From positions 34,874 through 98,873 of the IMG/VR virus record IMGVR_UViG_3300027763_000040: a DNA stretch of 64,000 nucleotides. One strand, written 5' to 3'. A program made the position numbers and the translations under genes. Shown here piece after piece: positions 37,901 to 44,959 of the stretch (position 1 is its first letter; every line of letters begins with the position of its first letter). The DNA comes from a virus. The notes under the pieces are model-generated. The model had not been told where the DNA came from. It worked only from the letters and a program-made list of their open reading frames with translations, and ran no database searches.

Positions 37901-38930
37901 AAACAATTGAATATATGCTAACAAATCCCAATCCAGTTGATCTTGCAAACCAACTAATTGAATCGGTAGAAGTTGAGAAATAACCTCCACTACCACCCAC
38001 AAGATAAACTCCATTTCCATAATTGATGAGAGGTCCAACATCAATAGCATTTGAATAATCTAAAGTAGTTCCAGAAGTTCTCTTAGTCCAAAAAATACCA
38101 TCTGTCGAAACTGTTATGGATCCAGCAAGACCAGTAGCAACATATAAATTATTACCATATCCAACATTATGAAGAGCAGTTGTACCATATCCCGTAGTTC
38201 TCGAAACCCAATTGACTGCATCGGTTGAAGTTAATAATACTGCTCCCGTTCCTCCTGCAAGATAAAGATTGTTTCCATATCCTAAAGAGTATGGAGTAAA
38301 TACTGTACCAAAAGTTCTTTGAGTCCAGGTTGTATAATCAGCATACCCACCAGCAAGATAGATTCCATTATTATATGCGATACTATAAATCGCTGTTGTA
38401 CCAAATCCTGAAGTTCTTAAAGTCCAAGAAACGGTTTCTGCTCTACCAGCAATCAAATATTCATTGTTAAAATATATTGATTTTGCAATATTAGTTGTAC
38501 CAAATCCTGATGTTCTTAAAGACCAGGAAACAGAATCAGTTGAAGAAGTTAAGGTTCCAGAAACTCCAGAAGCAACATAATTTGTTCCTGAAGATGCTAA
38601 GTTATTGATCGCGGAAGTACCGAATCCTGATGTTCTTAAGGACCAGGAAACAGTATCGGTTGAAGTTGTTAATGTTCCAGAATCTCCACCATTAACATAA
38701 ACAGTTCCATAAGTCGCAGCATTAATATTAGTAGTACCAAATCCAGAAGTTCTAAGTGTCCAGTAAAATGCTCCAGGATAAACACTTAAAAACTTACCAC
38801 CATTTCCAGATACAGATGGATATATTGGAGTACCAGTTAATACAGCATCTGCATAAGTCTTATTTGCCGCATCTGTTGTATTAACTACTGTACTAATACC
38901 AGTAATATTATTGCTGCCTAATATTGCCAT
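28944..38930 (-). CDS. Giant 3328-aa virion fibre/adhesin: Gly-rich scaffold carrying ten nested 7-repeat beta-propellers
   Basis: 70 repeats of about 40 aa (W..RTSGFG...Y..G..G....STD) with an Asp-box-like STD...W turn. N-terminal DAANKTYAD neck. Late promoter ATAAATA at 38952-38958. Confidence 0.8.
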   Translation of the reverse strand: MAILGSNNITGISTVVNTTDAANKTYADAVLTGTPIYPSVSGNGGKFLSVYPGAFYWTLRTSGFGTTNINAATYGTVYVNGGDSGTLTTSTDTVSWSLRTSGFGTSAINNLASSGTNYVASGVSGTLTSSTDSVSWSLRTSGFGTTNIAKSIYFNNEYLIAGRAETVSWTLRTSGFGTTAIYSIAYNNGIYLAGGYADYTTWTQRTFGTVFTPYSLGYGNNLYLAGGTGAVLLTSTDAVNWVSRTTGYGTTALHNVGYGNNLYVATGLAGSITVSTDGIFWTKRTSGTTLDYSNAIDVGPLINYGNGVYLVGGSGGYFSTSTDSISWFARSTGLGFVSIYSIVYGNTPINTYGVTTNVARSFSSSTDGINWVLRTTGFPANAIFTSTYGNSLYVIGGFNIASSTDCISWVLRTVGTMGANVYALTYGNGIFNASGAGGNTATSTDAITWIARTSGFGTSTIYTSTYGNNTFVVAGPGFSVPTISTSTTSILGSIGNGAILRASTDTISWALRTAGLNTQGITALTSGGGYYLATSNNYLNQGNVLVSTDSINWTARTVGTTATLGNSVGNSGPTFVYSGSLYVTGGSSGTIISSTDTISWTLRTTGFGTSTINALAYGQNATEKYVASVPSFTSSSTDSIAWVIRTTAIGAGNSLVGLIYANNLYLGCGATYITVSTNAIHWVLRTSGLGSTSLLQLTYNNGVYVGAGQNGSTVTSTDTITWVLRTSGFGTTAISTIGVGNDIYVFGTNTGDIQTSNQTILSSFGTGALLRASTDGVSWTSRTTAVNTLAITALGSGGSYAFAHGTNYMGEVGFLNVSTDNINWVLRTSGFGATAINAFGYGNNTYTIAGNAGLLRTSTDTISWTLRTTGFGTTAINSLFYGGTQFVAFGSAGTLAISTDGISWISRVSGFGSTSITTSVYGSSIVAGGVSGTLAVSNITAKQWQTINSTSSTIGSPIYRGYQEFTASGAQTFYIPPTASQIYIEAIGAGGGGAAGKATGTVGSGGGGGGGAYNSWLIRRLEFGDAPTITVTPGTGGTGGNIKTMISSTDGIIWTRTNSAFGATTINHLVYGNSLYVAVGDSGTIATSVDTNTWILRTSGFGTTRIGRSLGGGPLLIYSGSLYVFGTDVGIFPSYYGTSTDAIVWTIRVSGIPNSTQYSLMYGTAPSGTYVMTGVNGAIITSPDAITWTIRTCGGSSSILSSNYVSSESTPYIVGDLNGNIFVSTDAIRWTARTSGIGAEQLNNLAYGNGIHIAAGFNKLASSTDTIRWTIRTTPNAIGSYRVIYNSGIFVNQYGGTTVTSTDAITWTLRTNSALTSLYGLTYGTVFLAGGSGLLITPTSGGNTTLTWTGKSPTGTATYTLTSSGGTGASSSDVTAGTAGAAAAVTLNPLYTTAGLAGGAGLTSWASVNNAIQSNTYQVTGGGGGAFNTRAGGNSLTYYYRNAYNTAGSASGGNGIDGIPGSYTGNIGSGGGGGGALSTGINSWYLRTSGFGTTAIAALTYGNSFHVAGGFTPTITWVLRTSGQVSANIGPGGFTTGGYPITYDGSSLYLYCAQSGVLASSTDAITWTLRTSGFGTTAIGSVAYGVGRYVACGNGQWITASTDAITWTVRTAGFTAAQYSSMLYVDGRFSILSSNTNPPIFINSTDSIIWTQSATLPTAVTSYSAAFTYATGASNPYVVSPSSSPAQILVSTNATVWILRTSGTTQNIYTFAYNGSNLYVGGGTSGYLSTSTDTISWTLRTAGFGSNIIYTIAYNGGIFTAGGAGPTNTTSTDGITWILRTSNLNSNMLSIFYNNNTYIASGNIGTLAVSTQSTLSSLGNGGLLTASTDGVSWTLRTNSNIQTITLLSTSNSYYVAAGTNYISQTALIASTDNITWIARTTGFGTTTISAVTYSNNEFLIGGAASTLVTWTLRTSGFGASPTIFHAIYGGTSFLIGGSNGIAGGLISTSTDGVSWSLRSSGFGSSGINFYSYFNGEYLIGGSSTSITWTLRTSGTIGSINASGFKGTNYYVGGNSPSVMWTLRTSGFGTSTIQGLIYGNGLYVAAVTSTGFLRASTDGVSWTARTSPVIAPFFDTQSGTYDGTNYFIVGGAVTSGGLLTSTDTISWFLRTSGFGTSWIGSISYGSSETEKYIIAGQSGRLSSSTNSIAWTIRTSGFGTSSIVSAIYDGSDYYVGGSGPLLRASTDGIAWTTRTSPMSGGCTNIVYVSSTYTATSNSGSIVSSTNGIEWVLRTSGFGTSGIYGLVYNSNLYVTASVGGRIATSTDTITWITRTSGTVQDFVEMASDGTNYVAAAAAGVIVTSTQTILSSFGTGAYFAASTDAITWILRTTVTNTQSITTLASSSSYYVAATTNYMGESLGTLISSTDTISWTLRTSGFGSTGIVSSTYFNGEYLINSRGEPLVWTQRTVVGTSTGLGALTFGNGFYLAGGYGTNASVQVSTNAIQWVLRTSANAAPASIMQTMVFGGGIYVVGDSWPQIRTSTDTINWTLRTGGFLGGGVVSTLAYSVTPTEKYVGGRSGGIAGLISSTNAIQWTLRTTGFGTSSISAVVYGSNAYIAATAGGAISVSTDAIAWTMRTSGFGTSNILTLAYNGSNLYVVGGASGTLLSSTDTIAWTLRTSGFGTSQINTLSYGNNTYGAGGASGTNSSSTDGITWTLRGSGFGTTVIFASTFGNNLFLIASNATNTLSTASSVDPIYSLLSASTDSISWSLRTYSQIVDIVTLGSGGSYSFASGVSSGNISGNLIVSTDNINWVLRTSGFGATAINAFGYGIVYVAGGNNGILNTSTDTINWTLRTSGFGASTISTLAYNSNLYVAAGASGTTRTSTDAITWILRTSGFGISDINTLAYGTDTYIMGGASGTLVTSTQTILSSYGNGAFLRASTDSVSWTTRTAPLGTENFGSTGGFSSAGAFTLGWGNDSIFSTNYFLAASTDNINWQLRTAIFPSYAYTFTYGNGVYLYTTGGSGGIATSTDTISWTLRTSGSPGSQLFSSVYGSLPTNTFIVASGNSTYLATSTDTINWILRTTGFINAINSYGLTYNDGLYIATTNGQQRTSTDGITWALRTSGFGATSIFCGAYGNNLYVIGGGGGTIATSTQTLLLSYGTGGLLQASTDTITWTVRTTANNTTSITALDSEGLYTVASATNILNEYNIMISTDNINWAIRTSGFNTFTTTAINAFTYGGLGGAYVAAGNNGILSTSTDTITWSLRTSGFGTSAINALAYTNNIYVAGSVGGAIRSSTDAIAWIVRSSGFGTTNITRLIYGSSFVAAGPSGTLATASSTTQSVAGDGGAGTRGGGGGGGGYSQEQNRFGDGASGGNGYVKITWW

Positions 38931-38957
38931 TTATTCAACATTAATATAAGTTATTTA

Positions 38958-41684
38958 TTACCACCAGGTGATCCTCACAAATCCATCGCCACCATTTCCA
39001 CCATTCGCAAAAGTAGATCCAATGGCAGCACCTCCACCTCCACCACCTCCACGAGTTCCATTACCACCTGCGCCAGCACTTGATATACCAGCACCTCCTC
39101 CACCTCCACCAAAACCATAAGGAAGTGAAGTGATTGCAATACCAACTGCACCATTCGATCCTGTATTACTTCCACCAGCAGAGAAAATAGTATTGCCATA
39201 GAAAGTAATCGAACCACCACCACCTCCTGCGGAAGATGGTGTTCCTGCTCCACTACCACCGCCCGTTGATTGGAATGAGTTTGCCTGTGCCGTAGCAGAC
39301 ACTCCAACACCATTGATCGCAGTAACACCACCAGGGCCGCCAGCAGTTGTATAATAATAATTCGTGATATTTGTTTGAGCAATTCCAGCAACACCACCAG
39401 CACCACCACCATTTGCAACTAGTGTATAAGTTCCTCCAGGGCCAGTCCATGATATTGTTGTTCCTGCTCCTGCAGATCCAGAACTAGTTTCAGTTGTTGC
39501 TCCAGTTCCACCGACTCCAATATTTACACTTACATTTGAAGTTACTATAGATTTGGGAATATACCAAGAAGTATAAGAACCTCCAGAACCGCCAGTACCA
39601 GATAACTGAGATTGTGCAGTAATTAAAGATCCAGATACTCCAGCAACATAGTAATTATTATTCACAGATATTGATGATCTTAAAGATTGTGTCGTATTAG
39701 AAGTATTTACTCTCCAAACTATAGCATCTGTTGAGACATAAACTCCTCCATTATCACCTGCCAGAAGATAACTCAAAGATGCAGAAGAATATGAAAGAGT
39801 ATAGATTGAATCTCCAGAAAACCCTACAGTTCTTAGAGTCCAAGTGATTGCATCAGTTGAAGAGGTTAAGAATTTATCAGATCCTGCAGATACATAAACA
39901 GACCCATAAGTAAGTGTATTAATCGCGGAAGTACCGAATCCCGATGTTCTTAAGATCCAGGTAATAGTATCAGTTGAAGTATTTAAGATTCCATTATTAC
40001 CGCCAGCAACATAAACAGTTCCATAACTAAAGGCATTAATCGCAGTTGAACCAAATCCAGAAGTTCTTGCAATCCAGTTAATATTATCTGTAGAAACATT
40101 TAGGAATCCAATATCACCTCTATAGTTGGTTCCATGAGCAAAGGTATAAGAACCACCAGAACTTAGTAAAGTTACAGTTAATGTATTGAGTGCTGTAGTT
40201 CTTAAGACCCAAGTTATGCCATTAGTTGATGCTTGGAGACGGGCCCCAGTTCCAAATGAAGATAAGATTGTTTGATTGGAAGTTTGTATGACTCCAGAAC
40301 TTCCCCCAAAAACATATATGTCTTGACCAAAGATACTCGTATAAATGTCATTACCTGAAGGAGAAGTTCTCAATACCCATGCAATACCATCCGTAGAAGT
40401 TAGATTAGTTCCAGATGCACCAGCAGCAACATATAAGTTATTATTATGGGAAATGGTATAAAGATTACTTACAGTTCCAGAAGTCCTAAATGTCCATTGT
40501 ATGGCATTAGTAGAAGTTTCAATAAATCCCGAGTTGCCAACTATAGCATAAACAGAACCTACCGCAATATTGTTAAGCGTAGTGGTAGTTGAAGAAGTTC
40601 TGAATGTCCAGTATATGGTATTCGTCGAAGTTTGTATATATCCACTAATACCCGCAAGAACATAGTAGTTACTACTCAGAGTACTATAGATTCCAGAATA
40701 CACATAATTTGGATTCATTGGTACGGGACTAGTTCTTGTAAACCAACCAATACCATCAGTTGAAGTTGTTATTATTGCAGAAGCACTTAGATAAGTTGGA
40801 GTTGGTAAAGATCCATATAATACAGTATGTATTCCATAAATACCAGCAACCATAGGAGCATTGGTTCTTGTAGTCCATACGATTCCATTTGTAGAAGTTC
40901 CTGTTCCTCCGCTATTCGAATTATTAATGAACACATATAAATTATTCCCCAAAATAAGACCAGAACCAGCACCATTATTACCATTTCCAACTTGATTTAA
41001 AGGAGAAGAAATAGTTCTAAGTACCCAAGAAATAGTATCCGTGGAAGTTGCTAAATTTGAAGAATTTCCACCAGCAAAATAAGTATTATTAGCATAAAGA
41101 GATGCTAAAAAACCATTACCAGTTCCAGAAGTTCTTAAGACCCAGGTAATCGTTTCTACTCTTCCACCAATCAAATGTTCATTATTAAAGTAAGTTGCAC
41201 TATTAATATTGGTTGTTCCAAATCCTGAGGATCTTACAATCCAAGTGATTGTATCAGTTGAAGATCTCAATGCTCCTCCTGCTCCAGAAATAACATAAGT
41301 TGTTCCACCTGATGTAATATTTGAAATCGTCGTCGATCCAAAACCAGAAGTTCTTAATGACCAAGTAAGACCATTTTTTGCAAAAGTAGATCCAGTTGTT
41401 CCAGTACTTCCACCACCTCCAGCACCAACTGCCTCAACATATAAAAGATTTGCCTGAGAAGGCACTGTAAATGTTTGTGGAGATCCTGTTGTAGAAAACT
41501 CTTGATAGTTTGAAACATAATCCCATGAAACACTTGTACCATCAGTCGTAGTTAAAAACTCTCCATCATTTCCAGTTTGTGATGGCAATGTTGAAAGATT
41601 ATCGACATAAGACTTATAAACACCATCAGTTCCCTGAGTTGCTGTTGTAATGCCAGTAATAAAATTAGATCCTAGTATTGCCAT
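38958..41684 (-). CDS. 908-aa paralogous fibre/adhesin (two propellers, one nested in the other, on a Gly-rich scaffold)
   Basis: Same N-terminus (MAILGSN.ITGI), 14 repeats, and C-terminus GG.G.V.ITWW. Confidence 0.8.
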   Translation of the reverse strand: MAILGSNFITGITTATQGTDGVYKSYVDNLSTLPSQTGNDGEFLTTTDGTSVSWDYVSNYQEFSTTGSPQTFTVPSQANLLYVEAVGAGGGGSTGTTGSTFAKNGLTWSLRTSGFGSTTISNITSGGTTYVISGAGGALRSSTDTITWIVRSSGFGTTNINSATYFNNEHLIGGRVETITWVLRTSGTGNGFLASLYANNTYFAGGNSSNLATSTDTISWVLRTISSPLNQVGNGNNGAGSGLILGNNLYVFINNSNSGGTGTSTNGIVWTTRTNAPMVAGIYGIHTVLYGSLPTPTYLSASAIITTSTDGIGWFTRTSPVPMNPNYVYSGIYSTLSSNYYVLAGISGYIQTSTNTIYWTFRTSSTTTTLNNIAVGSVYAIVGNSGFIETSTNAIQWTFRTSGTVSNLYTISHNNNLYVAAGASGTNLTSTDGIAWVLRTSPSGNDIYTSIFGQDIYVFGGSSGVIQTSNQTILSSFGTGARLQASTNGITWVLRTTALNTLTVTLLSSGGSYTFAHGTNYRGDIGFLNVSTDNINWIARTSGFGSTAINAFSYGTVYVAGGNNGILNTSTDTITWILRTSGFGTSAINTLTYGSVYVSAGSDKFLTSSTDAITWTLRTVGFSGDSIYTLSYSSASLSYLLAGDNGGVYVSTDAIVWRVNTSNTTQSLRSSISVNNNYYVAGVSGSLITAQSQLSGTGGSGGSYTSWYIPKSIVTSNVSVNIGVGGTGATTETSSGSAGAGTTISWTGPGGTYTLVANGGGAGGVAGIAQTNITNYYYTTAGGPGGVTAINGVGVSATAQANSFQSTGGGSGAGTPSSAGGGGGSITFYGNTIFSAGGSNTGSNGAVGIAITSLPYGFGGGGGGAGISSAGAGGNGTRGGGGGGGAAIGSTFANGGNGGDGFVRITWW

Positions 41685-41694
41685 TTATTTTCTC

Positions 41695-44439
41695 CTATTG
41701 CCAACTAATACGAACATAACCATCACCACCATTTCCACCAAATCCTGGAACAGTGCTTGCACCATCATATGCTCCACCACCACCACCGCCTCCACAAACT
41801 CCATTTCCACCACGGCCCGCCTTTGTTGCAGTCGTCGCAATCATATCTGAACCACTGCTCACAAGTAGAAAAATATTATTTCCAAAACACCCACCACTGA
41901 CATTACCACCATTAACCCATCCACCAGTTCTTAAGTGCCAAGTAAAAGAATCGATAGATGCATGAACATAATTAGAATTGCCAGCAGCAATATAAGTCCC
42001 ACCACCATAAATTGAAGCATATGGATCACTACTTAAAGTTCTCACAATCCAAGTAATGGTATCAGTAGAAGTAGAAACACTATTACCACTTCTATTAGAT
42101 GCTATAAATCTTCCATTGCCATATGCCAATGATGAAACATCGCCAATACCGCCTATACCCAAAGTTCTTGCAATCCAAACAATACCATTTGTAGATACAT
42201 TAATCACTCTAGAAGCTGCTCCAAGAATATATTGATCATTATCATAAATTATAGAATAAATTTGTCCCGTTGTTCCAGCAGTTCTTAGTTGCCAAACAAT
42301 GGCATCCGTAGAAGCAATTAGAGCACCAGAGGCGCCAACACCATAAAAAAATCCACCTTGATATGACAAAGAAGGTCCAGAAAAAGTACTTCCAATTTGA
42401 TTTGCAGTTCCAGATGATCTAAATGTCCAGTTGATTGAATCAGTAGAACTTCTTAATCCAGAGTTTCCATCAATCACATAAACACCATTACCATAAACTA
42501 CCCCCAAAATTACACTAGCACCATAAGAAGAAGTTCTCAAAACCCAAACAATACTATCGGTAGAGAATCCCAAGCGGCCACCATCACCACCATAAATGTA
42601 ATTTGATCCATCATAATAAGTCGTATAAAGAACAATACCACCGGTATTGGCAGTTCTTAATCTCCAAAAACTTCCGCCAAGAGCATTCGAACTTCCACCA
42701 TTTCCACCATAACCATAAGAAAGTCCAGTAATGTTTGTTGCACTTGTACCATTCATATTTCTCTGATCTAATGTGGAAGATACAGTATTTCCATAATAGT
42801 TAATTGTACCTCCCAAAGATCCATAAGATCCATAAAAATTTGAACTATTTGTGTTAGAGTTAGAAACTGCTCCACCACCACCACCAGTAGTTTGAAAAGA
42901 TGAAGTTGCAGTTGTTGCATTTGATGGTACTTGAAGTGCCTCAAAAATACCACCATTACCACCAGCAGTTCCAGCAGATGCTTGAAGATAATTTGATGAT
43001 GCCGTTATTGTACCTCCTGCCCCACCAGGAAGTGATTGAGTTGAAGAGTTATATACATTAGTTCCAGCACTTCCACCATTTGCAGTTATAGAAAAGTTTC
43101 CTCCAGGTCCTGCCCAAGATACTACACTCGAATCTCCAGATGCTCCATATACACCACCTTTTCCAACTTTAACGGTTAATGTAGTGCCACTAATATATGC
43201 TTTTGAAATATTCCAAGATGCCGCTGCTCCTCCACCTCCACCACTTCCAGCAAATCCAGTAGGAGGTAAAGCAGCACCAATATATCCAGAATCACCACCG
43301 ACAACAAAAGTATTATTGCCATATACCACTCCTTTCCAACCACTACCAAAAGCACCTGGTGAAGTTCTGAATGACCAAGTAACAGTATCAGTAGAAAAGA
43401 ATATAAATCCAGCACCACCAACAGCATAATAAGTATTATTCGCAAAAGTTGTTGCATATAAAGATTGTAAATAACTTACACTAGTTCTTGCAGTCCAAGT
43501 AACTGCATCTGTAGAAACAATTATATCGGCAGATGTACCAGTAGCAAAATAAAGACCATTTCCATAAGATACACTAATATAAAAATTATTATTAACTCCA
43601 GTTCTAATTACCCAAGTAATACTATCTGTAGAAGTTTGAAATCTTCCAGAACCACCACTAGTAACATATTGATCTCCAGCATAAAGAATTCTATATATTG
43701 CATTTCCGGTAGGATATCCAGAAGTTCTTAAGGACCAGGTAATGCCATTTGTAGAAGCAAAAATACGAGCATCATTATCTAAACCAAGAACATAAATGCC
43801 ATTATTAAATTCTAAAGCATTAAGTCTAGCAGTACTGGCACCTGTTGTTTGCATTGTCCAAGTGATACTATCAGTAGAGGTAATTAATTTTCCAGCATTA
43901 CCACATACAACATAAAGATTTCCACTATACACGATAGAACCAATTGCAGTTGCACCAAATCCACTTGTTCTCGTAATCCAAGTAATTGCATCAGTAGAAG
44001 CAAGAACTGCTCCACCATCAGTTCCTGCATAAAATACATTGTTCGCATATATCATTCCTGGACCCTGATAATACCCTGAAATACTATTAGAATGACTAGA
44101 AGTTCTTAAAAACCATTGCCCAGCACCAGTGTTCACATAAGAAGATGCATCTCTAGTTCCTGATGCTCCACTCCCTCCAGCACCCGTTGCTTCTATGAAC
44201 AGTTGTTTTGCTTGAGACGGTACATTAAAGGTATACGTTCCAGCAGCAATATATTCTTGATATGATCCTACTGGTTGCCAAGATGAAGTATTGCCATTAG
44301 TGGTTAAAAAGTTATTATCTTGATTTGTTATTGGTGGACCAGATGCAGAAATATCCACATATTGCTTATTTACGGCATCAGACGCATTAGATACCGAATC
44401 AATACCAGTAACTTGAGTAGAACCTACACCGACTGGCAT
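41695..44439 (-). CDS. 914-aa paralogous fibre/adhesin (two un-nested propellers on a Gly-rich scaffold)
   Basis: DAVNKQYVD neck, YQEY...TF.VP...IEA.GAGG, 7+7 repeats, C-terminus GGDGYVRISWQ. Confidence 0.8.
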   Translation of the reverse strand: MPVGVGSTQVTGIDSVSNASDAVNKQYVDISASGPPITNQDNNFLTTNGNTSSWQPVGSYQEYIAAGTYTFNVPSQAKQLFIEATGAGGSGASGTRDASSYVNTGAGQWFLRTSSHSNSISGYYQGPGMIYANNVFYAGTDGGAVLASTDAITWITRTSGFGATAIGSIVYSGNLYVVCGNAGKLITSTDSITWTMQTTGASTARLNALEFNNGIYVLGLDNDARIFASTNGITWSLRTSGYPTGNAIYRILYAGDQYVTSGGSGRFQTSTDSITWVIRTGVNNNFYISVSYGNGLYFATGTSADIIVSTDAVTWTARTSVSYLQSLYATTFANNTYYAVGGAGFIFFSTDTVTWSFRTSPGAFGSGWKGVVYGNNTFVVGGDSGYIGAALPPTGFAGSGGGGGAAASWNISKAYISGTTLTVKVGKGGVYGASGDSSVVSWAGPGGNFSITANGGSAGTNVYNSSTQSLPGGAGGTITASSNYLQASAGTAGGNGGIFEALQVPSNATTATSSFQTTGGGGGAVSNSNTNSSNFYGSYGSLGGTINYYGNTVSSTLDQRNMNGTSATNITGLSYGYGGNGGSSNALGGSFWRLRTANTGGIVLYTTYYDGSNYIYGGDGGRLGFSTDSIVWVLRTSSYGASVILGVVYGNGVYVIDGNSGLRSSTDSINWTFRSSGTANQIGSTFSGPSLSYQGGFFYGVGASGALIASTDAIVWQLRTAGTTGQIYSIIYDNDQYILGAASRVINVSTNGIVWIARTLGIGGIGDVSSLAYGNGRFIASNRSGNSVSTSTDTITWIVRTLSSDPYASIYGGGTYIAAGNSNYVHASIDSFTWHLRTGGWVNGGNVSGGCFGNNIFLLVSSGSDMIATTATKAGRGGNGVCGGGGGGGAYDGASTVPGFGGNGGDGYVRISWQ

Positions 44440-44440
44440 A

Positions 44441-44959
44441 TCAACTTCCCTCTAGTTTTTCTTTCAGTTTTTGTATTTCTATATTTTGTTCCTTGATTGC
44501 TTCAATTAATAGGGCAATAAGATTTGCATAAGCAACAGATTTTTTTTCATAATCTGGTGCGGGTCCTTTGGGATATACAATCTCAGGTACAATTTTTTCA
44601 ACTTCCTGTGCGATTAAACCGATTTGATGTTCTCCATTGTCTATGCGGTCATATTCAACCCCTCTCAGTGCCAATACCTTTTCAAGAGCATTTTCAAGAG
44701 GTTTAATATTTTTTTTAAGTCTTTCGTCAGAGTTTGCAGTAACTGTTCCAGAAACAACAATGTTTCCTGCTGTTGTATTATTTGCAACTCCAACTCCAAG
44801 TCCACCAGAAATATAAGCACTACCAGTTACTTGAAGTGGTTGAGATGCTGTTCCTGTAGATGTTGCAGTTCCCACTAATATTGGTCCAGAAGTAACTTGA
44901 AGTTTATTATCAACAGTTGCATCACCATAGATTCTTGTACCAGATTTAAGTTTTGCCAT
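44441..44959 (-). CDS. Short fibre protein with a C-terminal peptidase S74 intramolecular chaperone domain
   Basis: SDERLKKNI, LRGV.Y, GLIAQEVE...PE.V and V.Y..L..LLIEAIKE followed by a coiled coil. Confidence 0.9.
   Translation of the reverse strand: MAKLKSGTRIYGDATVDNKLQVTSGPILVGTATSTGTASQPLQVTGSAYISGGLGVGVANNTTAGNIVVSGTVTANSDERLKKNIKPLENALEKVLALRGVEYDRIDNGEHQIGLIAQEVEKIVPEIVYPKGPAPDYEKKSVAYANLIALLIEAIKEQNIEIQKLKEKLEGS

Noticed and set aside
28944-44439. Regularly spaced ~25-bp conserved motifs with variable spacers, CRISPR-like in appearance
   Set aside because: They are in-frame codons for WxLRTSGFG inside continuous ORFs, spaced about 120 bp apart and degenerate, and no cas operon is present.
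28944-44439. Diversity-generating retroelement as the source of propeller variation
   Set aside because: No reverse transcriptase in the window, and I saw no template/variable repeat pair differing only at adenines.
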